Source of the DNA: Octopus sinensis | Lineage: Eukaryota | NCBI RefSeq assembly: GCF_006345805.1 | Contig: NC_043005.1 | Location: 35,278,001-35,342,000 of the forward strand | Direction: 5' to 3' | Length of the DNA: 64,000 nucleotides | Shown here: piece after piece, positions 38,300-50,959 of the stretch | How positions within the stretch are numbered: position 1 is the first letter of the stretch | Layout of the letters: each line of letters starts with the position of its first letter | The notes under the pieces: generated by a model | The model's input: the letters and a program-made list of their open reading frames with translations, nothing else | Told to the model about the DNA's origin: nothing | Databases searched by the model: none | Position numbers and translations under genes: made by a program

Positions 38300-38680
38300 C
38301 AACTAATACATACTAATACGTACTAATACATACTAATACATACTAATACATACACCAACCCTATACATACACACGTCCAGACCCCTCATACGCACTTATA
38401 CTCTCTCATACACACAACACACACACACACTTATACATACTAATACGTACTAATACATACTAATACATACTAATACATACACCAACCCCATACATACGCA
38501 CGTCCAGACCAATCCTACGCACTAATACTCTCTCATACACACACACACACACACACACACCCTTATACATACTAATACATACACCAACCCTATACATACA
38601 CACGTCCAGACCCCTCCTACGCACTATTAGCTGGTCCTTCAACCCTATTATCAACCCTATTATCAACCCTATTATCTCCC
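38300..38680. repeat. Composite minisatellite (actaatac units; ccaacc..tacatac.cacgtccagacc x3; caaccctattat x3)
   Basis: Direct reading. Confidence 0.8.
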
Positions 38681-38810
38681 CTTATTTCGCTCTCGCGTCT
38701 CATGTTTGATCTTTGACCTCTGGCCGAAATCAGATCGCCATGTTGATTCGTTAGCTACTGCACGCATTTTTTTTCTCTCCTTCTTTCTGTGTTTTTTTTC
38801 TCTCTGTGTA

Positions 38811-38848
38811 TCTTTCTGTTGAAGAGCGTAGGCTCGAAACGTTAAAGA
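38811..38848 (+). ncRNA. Minimal type I hammerhead motif HH-B (A6U variant)
   Basis: UCUUU CUGUUGA A GAGC guag GCUC GAAAC GUU AAAGA. Confidence 0.6.
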
Positions 38849-39059
38849 CTTGTTTTATTTATATTTCCTGAGCGCCATACTAATACAATTGTTCGTTTGT
38901 TTTCCACCTGCCTTCGTCTTTTGTCTATTTTCATAAAGCTTCCCGTTATATATATATATATAACGGGAAGCTTTATGAAAATAAACAAAAGACGAAGGCA
39001 GGTGGAATACAAACAAACAATTGTATTAGTATGGCGCTCAGGAATATAAATAAAACAAG

Positions 39060-39097
39060 TCTTTTACGTTTCGAGCCTACGCTCTTCAACAGAAAGA
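39060..39097 (-). ncRNA. Minimal type I hammerhead motif HH-B (A6U variant)
   Basis: UCUUU CUGUUGA A GAGC guag GCUC GAAAC GUA AAAGA on minus. Confidence 0.6.
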
Positions 39098-40337
39098 TAC
39101 ACAGAAAAGAAACACGGAGAGAAACAAGGAGAGAAAAAAACTGTGTGCAGAAGCTAGCGAATCAACATGCATGTATGTATGTATGTATGTATGTATTTAT
39201 GTTATGTTATGTATGTATGTATCTATGTATGTATGTATGTATGTATGTATTTATGTTATGTATGTATGTATGTATATGTATATATATATATATATATCTT
39301 ATATATCTATTATTTACATCCTTATAAAAAGCAAACTTTGTACCTTGACCGCTCATGTCACTAAATAAAATTGATAATATTTCAAGATTTTCGTGCTATT
39401 CGTAATGCTTTTTACAAAGTGAAAAAAAATACTCCGCCTATCACTCAACCCGCCTCTAGTTTTCCCTATGTTTATACATAACATCTATTCCTTTGAAGTC
39501 CCCTCCTGATTTCTGCTATCTCGCTGTCTCTCACTATCTAGCCCCTCTCTCGCTCTCCCTCTCGTTGTATATGTGTGTGTGTGTCTCTCTCTCTCTCTCT
39601 CAATACCTTTACCTCTTTTTCTCTCTAGAAAAAAAAACACGAGTGACAGAGAGAGAGAGAGTGGGGGGGGTCTACGGAGAAAAAACGAGACGCCGGACCG
39701 CTGCTTTTTTTTCTGTCTATATGTCCCTCTCTATGTTTCTATATCTCTCACTATCTTCCTCTCGCTTTCTTTCTCTCTCTCTCTCTCACTCTCTATATGT
39801 CTCTCTCTCTCACTACCTGTACCTCTTTTTCTCTGGAGATAAAATACGTGAGACAGAAATGGAGTTAGGGCGAAAAAGCAAGTGAGACGGAGGATAAGTA
39901 CAGTTTAGATATTTATATAAATAAATTTGGTTTTGCGGGACTGACATGTGTCAGTCCATTTCATTCGCTCGGTATACATTCCTTCTCCTCCTTAATGAGA
40001 CTGACAATGTCAGTCTGCTTTAGCCACTCGGTACACCCCCCTCCTCCCTCGACGTTAGCGTTCCGATGATAAAAAATAAATAAATGAAAAGTATGACGCT
40101 GATTATGTATGTGTGTGCGTGTGCTTGTGTGTGTGCGTACGTGCGTGTAACTGTACGAAACTGTGTGTGTTTGTGTGTGACTGTGTTTGTGCATCTCCGC
40201 TTAACCGAAAATAACCGAAGTATTAATTTATAAATTGTGAGCATGTATATGTATCTATTAAACATTTATGTACGTTTTTATATATATGTGTGTGCGTGTG
40301 TGTGTGTGTGTGTGTATAAATATATATATACATACAT

Positions 40338-42793
40338 AAGCATACCTCAGCTTAAGTCGTTCTCGATTATACGTCGGTTTTCAAAAATAATATATGGAAA
40401 AATAAAAATCATGTTTGGCCATTTTACTCACTTTACGTCTGTCTGCCACAAATATTGGAAGCGTAAAATCACTAGAAAACCGTTAAAAGCCCATAAAAAT
40501 CATGTTACTGTACAATAAATAAGAATAAAAGCATGTAAAGTCATATTAAAATACGTACAGTAAATGTTAAGATACACGCCATAATGTAGTGTAGCTTAGT
40601 CAACGAAATCATGAAATCAACTGTGTTGTCTTATTTATCGGTCTTTCTGGGCTCATATTGCACTGTAATTCCAAAATCTACCGTTAGGCATCGTTGTCAC
40701 TTGTGATTCTCGCGATTGTTTTGAATTCCGGCTACTTTCTCATACTCATTCATTTGTGACTTTATTTTTTGCCCCCGTGACTCCTAAGAAAATTCATAGT
40801 GAAAGTACTAAGCGTCATGCTATAAAGCTGGAAAATAAACTGCCTATGATAAAACGCCATGAAAAAGGTGAAAAAGTGGTTGCAATTGCACGATCTTTTG
40901 AGATGAGTCGGACAACTGCATCGACTATTGAACATAATAAGGACAAGATTTTAACACATATCAAATCTGAAGCCCCAGGGATGAAGAACACTGTCATCAA
41001 TAAGAAAAGAAGTAAAATCTTTGAAGAACTGGAAAGCCTTCTTTCTCTTTGGTTTAGTCAAGAAATCATTCAAGAGAAAAATATCCAGATAAGAAAGATG
41101 TAGAGTTCAAGGCAAGTGAAGGATGATCCATGAAATTTAAAGCGCGAAAAAGTTATCAGTCCATTAAGAAGCAAGGTGAAAGTGCATCAGCTGACGAACA
41201 AGCAGTAGCGGAATTTCCTAATGCATTAAAGAAAACCATCAAAAGAAACGGTTTTCTTCCAGAACAGATTTTTAATGTAGACGAAACTGGATTGTTTTGG
41301 AAAAAGTTGCCAGACCATGCATTGATTTTCAAGAAGGAGAAAACTATTCCAGGCTACAAGGTCTTAAAAGAACATCACCATTATGTTGGGAGGTAATTTG
41401 CAGGAGATTTTAAGTGCTTCATGCACACAACCCCCATGCCCTGAAGAACACAGCTAAGTCATCTCTCCCTGTTATATGGATGACTTATTCAAAAGCATGG
41501 GTTACTGTTGTTGTTTTTGAAGATTGGTTCTTCAATCATTTTATCCCAGCCGCAGAGAAGTACTGTAAGAAGAAGGGGATTCCTTTTAAGGTTATACTTA
41601 TCTTAAATAATGCTCCTGGCCATCCGCATAACATCGTAGATTTTGACCCCAACGTTACCGTCGTATACCTCCCTCCGAACACCACGTCTCTTCTGCAGCC
41701 AATGGATCAGGAAATAATTGCTATCTTCAAGCGTTACTGTATGAAGCGTACGCTGCGGCAAACAATAGCTGCAATTGATCTTGATGAGTCCATCACACTT
41801 CGTAACTTTTATAAGAGATACAAGGCTGTATAGAACATAGCAGCGACATGGAATGATGTACAGCGCACGGCTTTGAATAGTGTATGGAAGAAGCTATGTC
41901 TGCAATTCGTGAACCAATTTAAGGGGTTTGATAATTTGCCATCAACAAAACGTTGGTGACTACGAACACAGAACTGGAAATGGATTTGGATTGGAGGAGG
42001 AGAATTTCCCAGATTTATTTGAAAAAGACAGGCAGCCCCTGACGAACGAAGGCTTGATAGAGCTTCATGAGCAGCAAAACAAAGAAGAGGTAGTCGAACC
42101 TGAGCCACATCACTTTAACACTAAGAAAATGCAGCAAGCATTTACATATATCGAAAAAGGTCTTTCTATGTTTGGGGATATGGATCCAAATACTCAGCGC
42201 TTTTCCAAGATTATGGGGGCTTGTTATGAAGCTTTTGCTCCTTATAATGTAATCCTCGAGGAAAAGAAGACAGTTCAAGGAACTCGCAACCGGTTTTTTT
42301 AAGCGCATCGAACAAGAACAGTTAGAGTCAGCTGTTGATGCTGACGATCCACGGCCATCTACATCCGCCATATAAACCACCAAATTCTATGTACGTATTG
42401 GTAAATTTAAAATAATTAATTTTTTTATTACTATTGCAAAATAATAATAATTACTGAATTTGTTTTATAAGCTAAAAAAGGTTTTTATTTTACCATATCT
42501 AATTGCGAACTGTATTTAAAATAAAGCGTCTGCGATGTACGCCAAATTGTATTCGTAAATTAGATTACATTTTTTTTACTGTACTGTATTAAAAAAAATA
42601 AAAATTATTTGTTTGTAAGCTTAAAATAGGTTTTTATTAACCATGTATTATTGAAAATGCATTCATAAATAAAGTGCAGAACTGGGAATAGTTATTATCG
42701 GTTTAACTTAGGGACAAGTATATTCGGCCTAGCCTAGAGATAAGTTAATACGACTCACGTCGTGTCTCCGGGAACCAATTAACAACGTAGGGT
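40338..42793 (+). mobile_element. Tigger/pogo-family DNA transposon, decayed (TIGD1/Tigger1-like)
   Basis: CENP-B HTH (KRHEKGEKVVAIARSFEMSRTT), IFNVDETGLFWKK, LNNAPGH...QPMDQ (32-residue spacing, second D mutated to N); frameshifts; degenerate TIRs catacctcagcttaagtcg and aacgtagggta. Confidence 0.95.
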
Positions 42794-42846
42794 ATATATA
42801 TATATATGTATGTATGAATACATACGTACATACATATATATATAAT

Positions 42847-42880
<34 letters not shown>

Positions 42881-42925
42881 ATATAATATATATATATATA
42901 TGTATGTATGTATGTATGTATATAT

Positions 42926-43000
42926 CCGTGGCACTCCGTCGGTTACGATGACGAGGGTTCCAGTTGACCCGTTCGACGGAACAGCCTGCTCGTGAATATG
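42926..43000 (-). mobile_element. SINE family B 3' tail
   Basis: ggcactccgtcggttacgatgacgagggttccagttgacc. Confidence 0.8.
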
Positions 43001-43045
43001 CCCATACACACATTATTGCATGCCCATATGCACATCTCTGCACTG

Positions 43046-43300
43046 AAAGAAGCCTGTCGTATATATGTATATATATATGTGTGTGTGTGTGTGTTTGTGT
43101 GTCTGTGTTTCTCCCCCTAGCATTGCTTGACAACCGATGCTGGTGTGTTTACGTCCCCGTCACTTAGCGGTTCGGCAAAAGAGACCGATAGAATAAGTAC
43201 TGGACTCACAAAGAATAAGTCCCGGGGTTGATTTGCTCGACTAAAAGGCGGTGCTCCAGCATGGCCGCAGTCAAATGGCTGAAACAAGTAAAAAAGTAAA
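43046..43300 (+). mobile_element. SINE family D, 5'-truncated
   Basis: gaaagaagcctgtcgt-(TA/TG)n-...gctccagcatggccgcagtcaaatggctgaaacaag. Confidence 0.9.
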
Positions 43301-43319
43301 AGAGAGTAAGCATTAATAT

Positions 43320-43454
43320 ATGGGTATAGGACGTCAAAAAAGCCTGGACATCATGAAAAACGAGAACATGAAAAACAAAAACATGGAAAACGAACTTTTT
43401 TTGAATAACGAAAGAAACAAATAGAGAAACGAGACAAGCAACATTTCGAACGTT
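43320..43454 (-). mobile_element. Penelope-like terminal repeat fragment (HH-E), retains GAAAUGUU
   Basis: Minus: cGAAAUGUUgcttgtctcgtttctc...; tail homologous to 37080-37200. Confidence 0.6.
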
Positions 43455-43563
43455 ATATATATATGTCTGTGTGAGTGTATACGTATGTAGTTTATACGAA
43501 CGCAGAATACTTCTATCTATTGTGAGAATGTAATTGCGTGTTTTGTTTATTTTTTATATTTTA

Positions 43564-43959
43564 CTAGCAGTATCGCCCGGCGTTGCTCGGGTTTGTAAGG
43601 GAAATAACTATATAAGCATTTTTAGAGATGTAAAGTATAATAGCCATCTCAATATGGCTAACCACAAAGGGGGTGGTGTTACTGTAGCTTTTTACGTTCT
43701 GAGATTTAATAATACATTTTTAGAGAGTTACTTCCCTTATATAAAGCGAGCGAAAATGCATTAAAAATGTGAAAAATTGATGGTAAATTTTTTTTTTAAT
43801 CGTAGACTCATCGTAGACGCACGCTAATACCCAGAAGGGCTCGATATGAATCACGACTATAAGATACCCGGTTTTGGTTAAACTGCACCGCAAAATGTGG
43901 GAGTAGTTAGGAATCTAAATCGTAGGAGACAGACACAACCTCACTTTTATATATAAAGA
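43564..43959 (-). mobile_element. Complete non-autonomous Helitron
   Basis: Minus: A|TCTTTATATATAAAAG 5' end; 3' hairpin cccgagcaacgccggg then CTAG|T; A^T target site. Confidence 0.92.
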
Positions 43960-44039
43960 TATCTTTTATATATTTTCATGCCTTTTACAGTAACTTCCCT
44001 TTCATTCAACTTTTTTTTCCATAGCGTCTATCGTCAAAA

Positions 44040-44255
44040 TGCTGCAGGATTGAATCGAAAGACGGATCCTTCAAGAGGAGACCTGAGGGTAGACAAGAAT
44101 GAATTGGTTGGATAATATCCATAGTCTCAGTTAGTCACGCTTGGGAATCCAGCGTAATGAAGTTTGCTTCTGCAAGGACCCTATGGAGGTGGCTGAGGAT
44201 GCTACTCCAACGACCCTGCCAGAAATAGTAGGCGAAGAAGATGGGTGGAAGAAAT
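44040..44255 (+). mobile_element. RTE-type LINE 3' end
   Basis: ggataatatccatagtctcagttagtcacgcttgggaatccagc homologous to 31700-31745. Confidence 0.7.
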
Positions 44256-44269
44256 TTTTTTATTTTTTA

Positions 44270-44610
44270 TTTCTTTCATTAATTGGACTACACTTATTCT
44301 GGGGCACCACCTTGTGGGGTTTAATCGAATTGATCAGACCTAGTACTTATTTTGTAAACGTGGTATATATTCTATCGGTCTCTTTTGCCGGGCACGTAAA
44401 CTACCTCCAGTTGTCGAGGGACCAGTACAAACACAAAACATACACACGTATAGATATGTTTACAATGGGCTTCCACCACTCACGAGGCATTGATCCTTTC
44501 GGCACAACAGCTGAGGACATTTGCTCTAGGTGCCACGCAGTGGGAATGAACGCGAAACAATTTGGTTGCAAAGTGGTGAGGTTCTGAACCACACAAGCTT
44601 TCCTGCGTGT
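44270..44610 (-). mobile_element. Degenerate SINE family D
   Basis: gtacttatt...tctatcggtctcttttgccg and gccacgcagtgggaatgaac. Confidence 0.65.
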
Positions 44611-44840
44611 GTATATATTCTTTTATTATTTTACAGAATAAAAGGATATGCACATATCCACACTTACACACACATTCCTCCTCCTCTACCACTCTCCTGT
44701 CTTTGAAAGAAACACTCTCCTGTCTTTGAAAGAACTTTTCTTCACCCATTTCCTTCCGGTCATTCAAAATGTGGCTGCGTGTGTACCGTTGGCGATTTTT
44801 TTCCTCTGTCTTCCCTTCTCTAGATCTTTCCTTCTCCTAT

Positions 44841-44875
44841 GTTTCCGACGAAGAGCTCCGCTCGAAACGTTAAAC
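44841..44875 (+). ncRNA. Minimal type I hammerhead motif HH-B (CCGACGA core) in a Penelope-like terminus
   Basis: GUUU CCGACGA A GAGC ucc GCUC GAAAC GUU AAAC; downstream ttcctgagcg shared with the 38811 copy. Confidence 0.65.
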
Positions 44876-44974
44876 CCTCCTTCTTTCCTTCTTTCCTGAG
44901 CGTCCAATAATACTATATTTGTTCCACGTCCTCGCGTTGTTGTGTTTTTTGTGCTTTCTTGTTTGGATTAATTT

Positions 44975-45046
<72 letters not shown>

Positions 45047-45051
45047 GAAGA

Positions 45052-45172
45052 GTAAAGACCCTTCGATCATGAATGACCATGGGATTGCGCCTAGAAAGTT
45101 ACCCTCTGAGGTAAAAGTCCGGGCAATATTGTTTAAAGAAGACCAGCAGTCGCCCATCCAGCCTCCCACCTC
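45052..45172 (-). mobile_element. SINE family A, 3' fragment
   Basis: gtaaagacccttcgatcatgaatgaccatgggattgc...gaccagcagtcgccca. Confidence 0.85.
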
Positions 45173-45487
45173 CATGCCACCAGTGAAAGGCGCCCAAGCT
45201 CGCGCGCACAGACACGCCCCCCCCCCAAAGTATAGTGATTCTGGGTTGGCAAGTTCAAAAGAATATTCTTATAATCTGGGATAAAGTGACACCGAGATTT
45301 GAGCTATTTACGTTCTGAGCTTAAATCCTGGCGGAAAGTAACAGAGATTTTCCGACTAACCATGACGGGCTGATGTTAAAAGTTCTAATCTGCCATTGTC
45401 AAGGACCGACATAATATGAGTCGTCAAATATTACTTGTCTTTCTGTCCAAGAATTTCCATATATATATGTGTGTGTGTGTTTATATG

Positions 45488-45910
45488 TCTATATATATAT
45501 TTAAAACTGAGAATGTGTCTGTCTGTCTGTCTGTCTGTGTGTTTCCCTAAAACTTGAGAACTACACAACCAATTTCATTCTCAAATTTTACACATGCCTT
45601 ACTTAGGGTCCGGGGAGTGTCACCGGCAAAAAAAATTTGAACTTTTTGCCTAGGGCGAGCCCACAGCAATATCATATCTTCTCCACTACGATTCCCTAAA
45701 ATTCGAGAACTACAGAACCAATTTCATTCAAATTTTACACATGCCTTACTTAGAGTCCATGTAGTTTCATGGGCAAAAAAATGTTCAACTTCTTGCTTAG
45801 GGCGAGCCCATAGCAATATCATATCTTCTCCACTATTTCAGTATTACGTGTTAAAAGTGAAACAAAAACATTTCTCTATTTTATGTCAGATACTTTCACT
45901 TTAACAATAA
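45488..45910 (+). mobile_element. Helitron-like non-autonomous 5' portion with internal tandem duplication
   Basis: TCTATATATAT...(GTCT)n 5' end; two units of about 149 bp (45543-45691, 45692-45836); homologues at 51625 and 57625. Confidence 0.75.
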
Positions 45911-46207
45911 AAATAATAATCACAATTGAATTATATGTAGTAAGTAATAATTAAAATCAAACTAAAGTATAATATAATCGTAACATAACAAAAGTAAAAA
46001 TAGCAATTGGTATAAAATTGCATCAATGACTTGAACTTGAATAAAGGGTTTCACATGAATGGGAATAAATTAAAAATAAAATTAGCGTGCAGAAATGGAA
46101 TAGTCCAGATGGATAATAAAAAATTAAATTAAAGAAAAGACTATTGTCTATAAAGTATACAATGTAGAGAAAAAAAAAATATATATATATCTTTCTATCT
46201 CCCTATC

Positions 46208-46841
<634 letters not shown>

Positions 46842-46867
46842 TATAATACCTTTACAAGAAGAAAAGT

Positions 46868-46913
46868 GACAGTGATTTTGAAGTTTCGGCCTGCTAGCCT
46901 TCGTCGCACAGTC
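46868..46913 (-). ncRNA. Degenerate HH-A hammerhead motif
   Basis: gactgt GCGACGA A GGC uagcag GCC GAAAC uucaaa AUC actgtc. Confidence 0.55.
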
Positions 46914-47086
46914 TGACTCGTACTGAGTAATTCTTCTGTTTAATTCTTCAGTTTCGTTATAACTCGACACAAATACATTGCTGTATGTATGCATGTATGT
47001 ATGTATGTATGTATGCATGTATGTATGTATGTATGTATGTATGTATGTATGTATGTATGTATGTATGTATGTATGTATGTATGTAT

Positions 47087-48403
47087 CTTCCTCTGGAGAA
47101 AGAGCTTGTTTCTAACTAAGATACAAAAATCTCCATCTATGGAATGTAGATAACAAAAGCAACGTTACGTTTTAAACCTGAGAAAAGTTTTGCATAGTTT
47201 TACTGTTCTACTTACATATTGCATTTGTAATGTGTGAATCGGTTGGTTGATTTCTTTTTCTTAAAATTCAAGCTTATCTAGACCGACAGCTAGACATTTA
47301 CTAACAAAACCAAGTGCTCCAATTATTATTGTTATAAATATAAACTTGTAATCCGGATGTAGAAGCTGGGGGTTTCAAAGCAGTTATTCCCAGTTTTTTC
47401 TTCTTTCCGTTTGATTTTCAAAAAGAGTTTCACATCAGCTGGACAGCCAACCTCTATGACGGTGCATCCATTCTCTTGTGTGTTCCCTAACAACAATAAC
47501 CGGCCTGTTATGCTTATACTTGACATATGTTTTGATGAGAATGTTCTACCAGTATTCCTTGTACTGATATTCGTGTACGTATTCAGTAACAAAGGGATTC
47601 TTTATATTTATTCCGAATGGCATTGTATAATGTTTATACAACAACATCATGTCGCATAGGGAGGTAGTACTTTGATATTTTTGGATGTATGTCTTCCACA
47701 AAAATAAGATATAATCTACATTTACGGTTGCATCTTGGAACCTCAAGGGCTTTTGTTGATTAAGTATTTAGTAGCAATCTCCTATTCTTCAATTACAAAT
47801 GCCTAGCCTTCGAAGTGTAATATGATGTAGCGGTCACGAGTCCAAGAGAGGCTTCGCATCATGTCAATGTTCCTATCTTCTTCAAGTCTACGAGAAACAT
47901 ACCCATGCATGGTCTTTCTTTTAGTATGCTGAGCGTTTTACCTTCTTTGAGGTATGCTAATCTGGGTTTTTTTTTCGAGGTTGTACGGGGGAGATTATCA
48001 GGAAGAGAGTACTTCCTGAGGAGCTCACTTCCAGTAAGTATATATTGTTAAATTAATATATTTTGCTGCTGTTGTCTAGGGAATGCTGTCTGGGAGAGAC
48101 TCTGTGATTTTCAATGGCTGTCTGCATTGATCTCAAGTCCCTATGTCCTTTATCTCTTCGTAAGTACAGCCTAGCGATATCAATATATTGTTTAGAGATT
48201 TTCAGTTGATGCTATAAGTCTGTGGGTTTTAATGTCTACGGAGTGGATTTCTTCTATAGACCAATCAAATATCCCGAGGGTTGGAATCAGTACTGGTACT
48301 GCTACTACATTGTGAGATATTGACTTGCTGAAAGAGGACAGTTAAGATTACCATATATTTCTGATGTAATAGTCTTGGGTTCCTCTCTCTTCTCAGAACC
48401 TTG
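47087..48403 (-). mobile_element. R4/Dong-type non-LTR retrotransposon 3' part (zinc knuckle plus REL endonuclease), 5'-truncated
   Basis: Minus frames: ATKYL, CKCRL, YLPMRHDVV, YEYVHEYQYKEYW, KHNRP, CTVIEVGCPAD; (TATG)n on both flanks. Confidence 0.8.
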
Positions 48404-48852
48404 GTATGTATGCATGTATGTATGTATGTATGTATGTATGTATGTATGTATGTATGTATGTATGTATGTATGTATGCATGCATGCATGACTGCATATATA
48501 CATGTGCGTATGTAAGTATGTATGCATGTATGTACGTATGTATGCATGCATATAGGTATGTATTTTATATATATATATATATATGCATCTGTGTATGTAT
48601 GCATGCATGTATGTAAGTATGTATGTATGGATGGATGAATATTTGTATATAAATCCATACATGTATATATTCATATATATATGTATATATGTATATACAT
48701 ATGTATGTCTGTATAGATGCATGTATGAATGTATATACATGCATGTGAATATGTATATATACATGTATGTGTATGCGCATGTATGCATGTATATATGCAT
48801 GTATGTATATATGTATGTATCAATGTATGTTTTATAAACGCATTTATGGATG

Positions 48853-49049
48853 TTATTATTTGGTTTTATTTCAAGATTTCTTGCCAATACAGAAAGAGCC
48901 GGTTTCCAACCTAGTGCATGTATGTGTGTATGTGCTTTATTTGGAGTCAGTGCAAGTGCAGATTTGTATGTTTTGTTTTTTTGTATGTATTCTCATGCAT
49001 ATAGTTGCTTGTTTAGACATGCGCCTGTATACTTAAATGATAAACTTCT
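48853..49049 (-). mobile_element. Second copy of the 29380-29605 unit
   Basis: agaagtttatcatttaa...gcaactatatgcatgagaatac...catacaaatctgcac...gaaaccggctctttct. Confidence 0.7.
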
Positions 49050-49074
49050 TTAAAATTTTAGGGAATAAGTTCTA

Positions 49075-49560
49075 ACTGTGACGTGGGTTCATCTGGTATT
49101 TCAGGCAAAAATTTATCTAAGTATTTTTGAAAACATCCACATCTATACCTCGTAGCTGAGACGTTTCTGACGGCATATTGAAAAGATGTAGGCTCTTGAA
49201 AGCGAAGCTGTTTCAGTATTGGTTTCTTACTCTAGATGGGAAAGTGGGAAATTTGGTACCATGCAGTGGCATCTAATTCAGGGTTTAGTATAGCTTTCTT
49301 CAGACCCGTACACGGCTAGCCAACTTAGTATCTTTATTTTTATATATGTGTCCGAAAGAAGACCGGGGATTTGCATAACGGCTTTCAAAACCGTTTTCGC
49401 ATACCCATCATTTTTCTTCACAACTAAGTTTTTTAGTGCCCTGATATGAATTCGGCTTCATAAACAACTGAGATTAGCAAACACGCCTGATCGAGTGGGC
49501 AAGCTTCAGAATTTCGACAGTTACAACTGAGTGTCGTCTCTTGGTTTGACTTGTGAAAGG
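49075..49560 (-). pseudogene. CR1-type LINE 3' end
   Basis: Minus: NSFAFKSLHLFNMP...LRGIDVDVFKKYLDKFLPEIPDEP. Confidence 0.75.
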
Positions 49561-49831
49561 CAATTTTAAAAGCCGTTATGCACATTACCAGTCTTCTTTC
49601 CGAGACACTGATAAAAAAACAGAGTCACTAAGTTGGCTAGCCATGTATGTGACCTGACGACCAACTGCAGCACACCACATACAATCAAGGAGAGAATCGT
49701 GGAAAATTCTACGCTTTTTATAAATGAATCAAAGAGACCACCACCATCACCACCACCATCACCACCACCACCACCATCACCACCACCAACACCACCATCA
49801 CCACCACCCTTACAATCAGCAGCAATGCCGA

Positions 49832-49865
<34 letters not shown>

Positions 49866-50097
49866 TATTTCTTTATTACCCACAAGGGGCTAAACATAGA
49901 TGGGACAAACAAGGACAGACATAGGTATTAAGTCGATTCCATCGACCCCAGTGCGTAACTGGTACTTAATTTATCGACCCCGAAAGGCTGAAAGGCAAAG
50001 TTGACCTCGGCGGAATTTGATCTCACAGCGTAACGACAGACGAAATACGGCTACGCATTTCGCCCGGCGTGCTAACGTTTCTGCCAGCTCGCCGCCT
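49866..50097 (-). mobile_element. SINE family E, full length
   Basis: ggcggcgagctggcagaaacgttagcacgccgggcg ... ccccttgtgggtaataaagaaat. Confidence 0.95.
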
Positions 50098-50264
50098 TCA
50101 TCATCATCTTCACCTACCCTACCAAGAACTCAAAACGACCTCGAACACACAAGTGCAAACAAGGGAGTCAGAGAAAGGCAGAATGCTACATATCTGAACA
50201 CTACTATAGAAATATTCTTTTAAAAAACTTTTCTTCTAATTTTTCTAAATTTAATTATTTATCG

Positions 50265-50308
50265 TTACAGTTGAAAAGGTCTCAAAATGACCGAAACCGG
50301 TACTGAAG
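50265..50308 (+). ncRNA. Minimal type I hammerhead ribozyme with U3-A8 covariant core (HH-C)
   Basis: CAG UUGAAAA GGUC ucaaaau GACC GAAA C cg GUA CUG; palindromic stem III ACCGGU. Confidence 0.7.
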
Positions 50309-50358
50309 ATTCACTATAAAATTATCTTAGCATTTTCTATTTTTTGACTTGTTTTTTC

Positions 50359-50397
<39 letters not shown>

Positions 50398-50555
50398 CAT
50401 GTATATACATATATATATGTGTGTGTGTATATACATATATATATATATATACATATAAATCTATATATATACATTTATATATACATATATACATATACAT
50501 GCGTACATATATATCTATACATATACATTTATAATATACGTGTATAATATACATG

Positions 50556-50701
<146 letters not shown>

Positions 50702-50715
50702 ATTAATACTATTGA

Positions 50716-50872
50716 TTTCTTTCAGTTTCTGTCTACAAAATCCACTGACAAAGCTTTGATTAGTCTGAGGCTTTAGCAGAAGACACGTGGCCAAGTTACC
50801 ACACAGTGGGACTGAACTGAGGACGATGTGTTTTTGAACGAAGTTTGTTACCACACAGCCAAACCTGCACCT
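50716..50872 (-). mobile_element. SINE family D 5' half
   Basis: ttcagtttctgtctac...cagtgggactgaac...ttaccacacagcc. Confidence 0.8.
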
Positions 50873-50959
50873 ATGTATGTGTGTGTGGGTGGGTGCAGGT
50901 GTGTGTATGGGTGTATATATGTATATATGTGTATATATTACATGTACATCTATAGTGAA

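Larger units (their letters stand above)
38739..39169. mobile_element. 430-bp tail-to-tail hairpin of Penelope-like termini around (TA)n
   Basis: Arms are about 210-bp reverse complements centred at 38954/38955; each arm carries one HHR motif. Confidence 0.9.
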
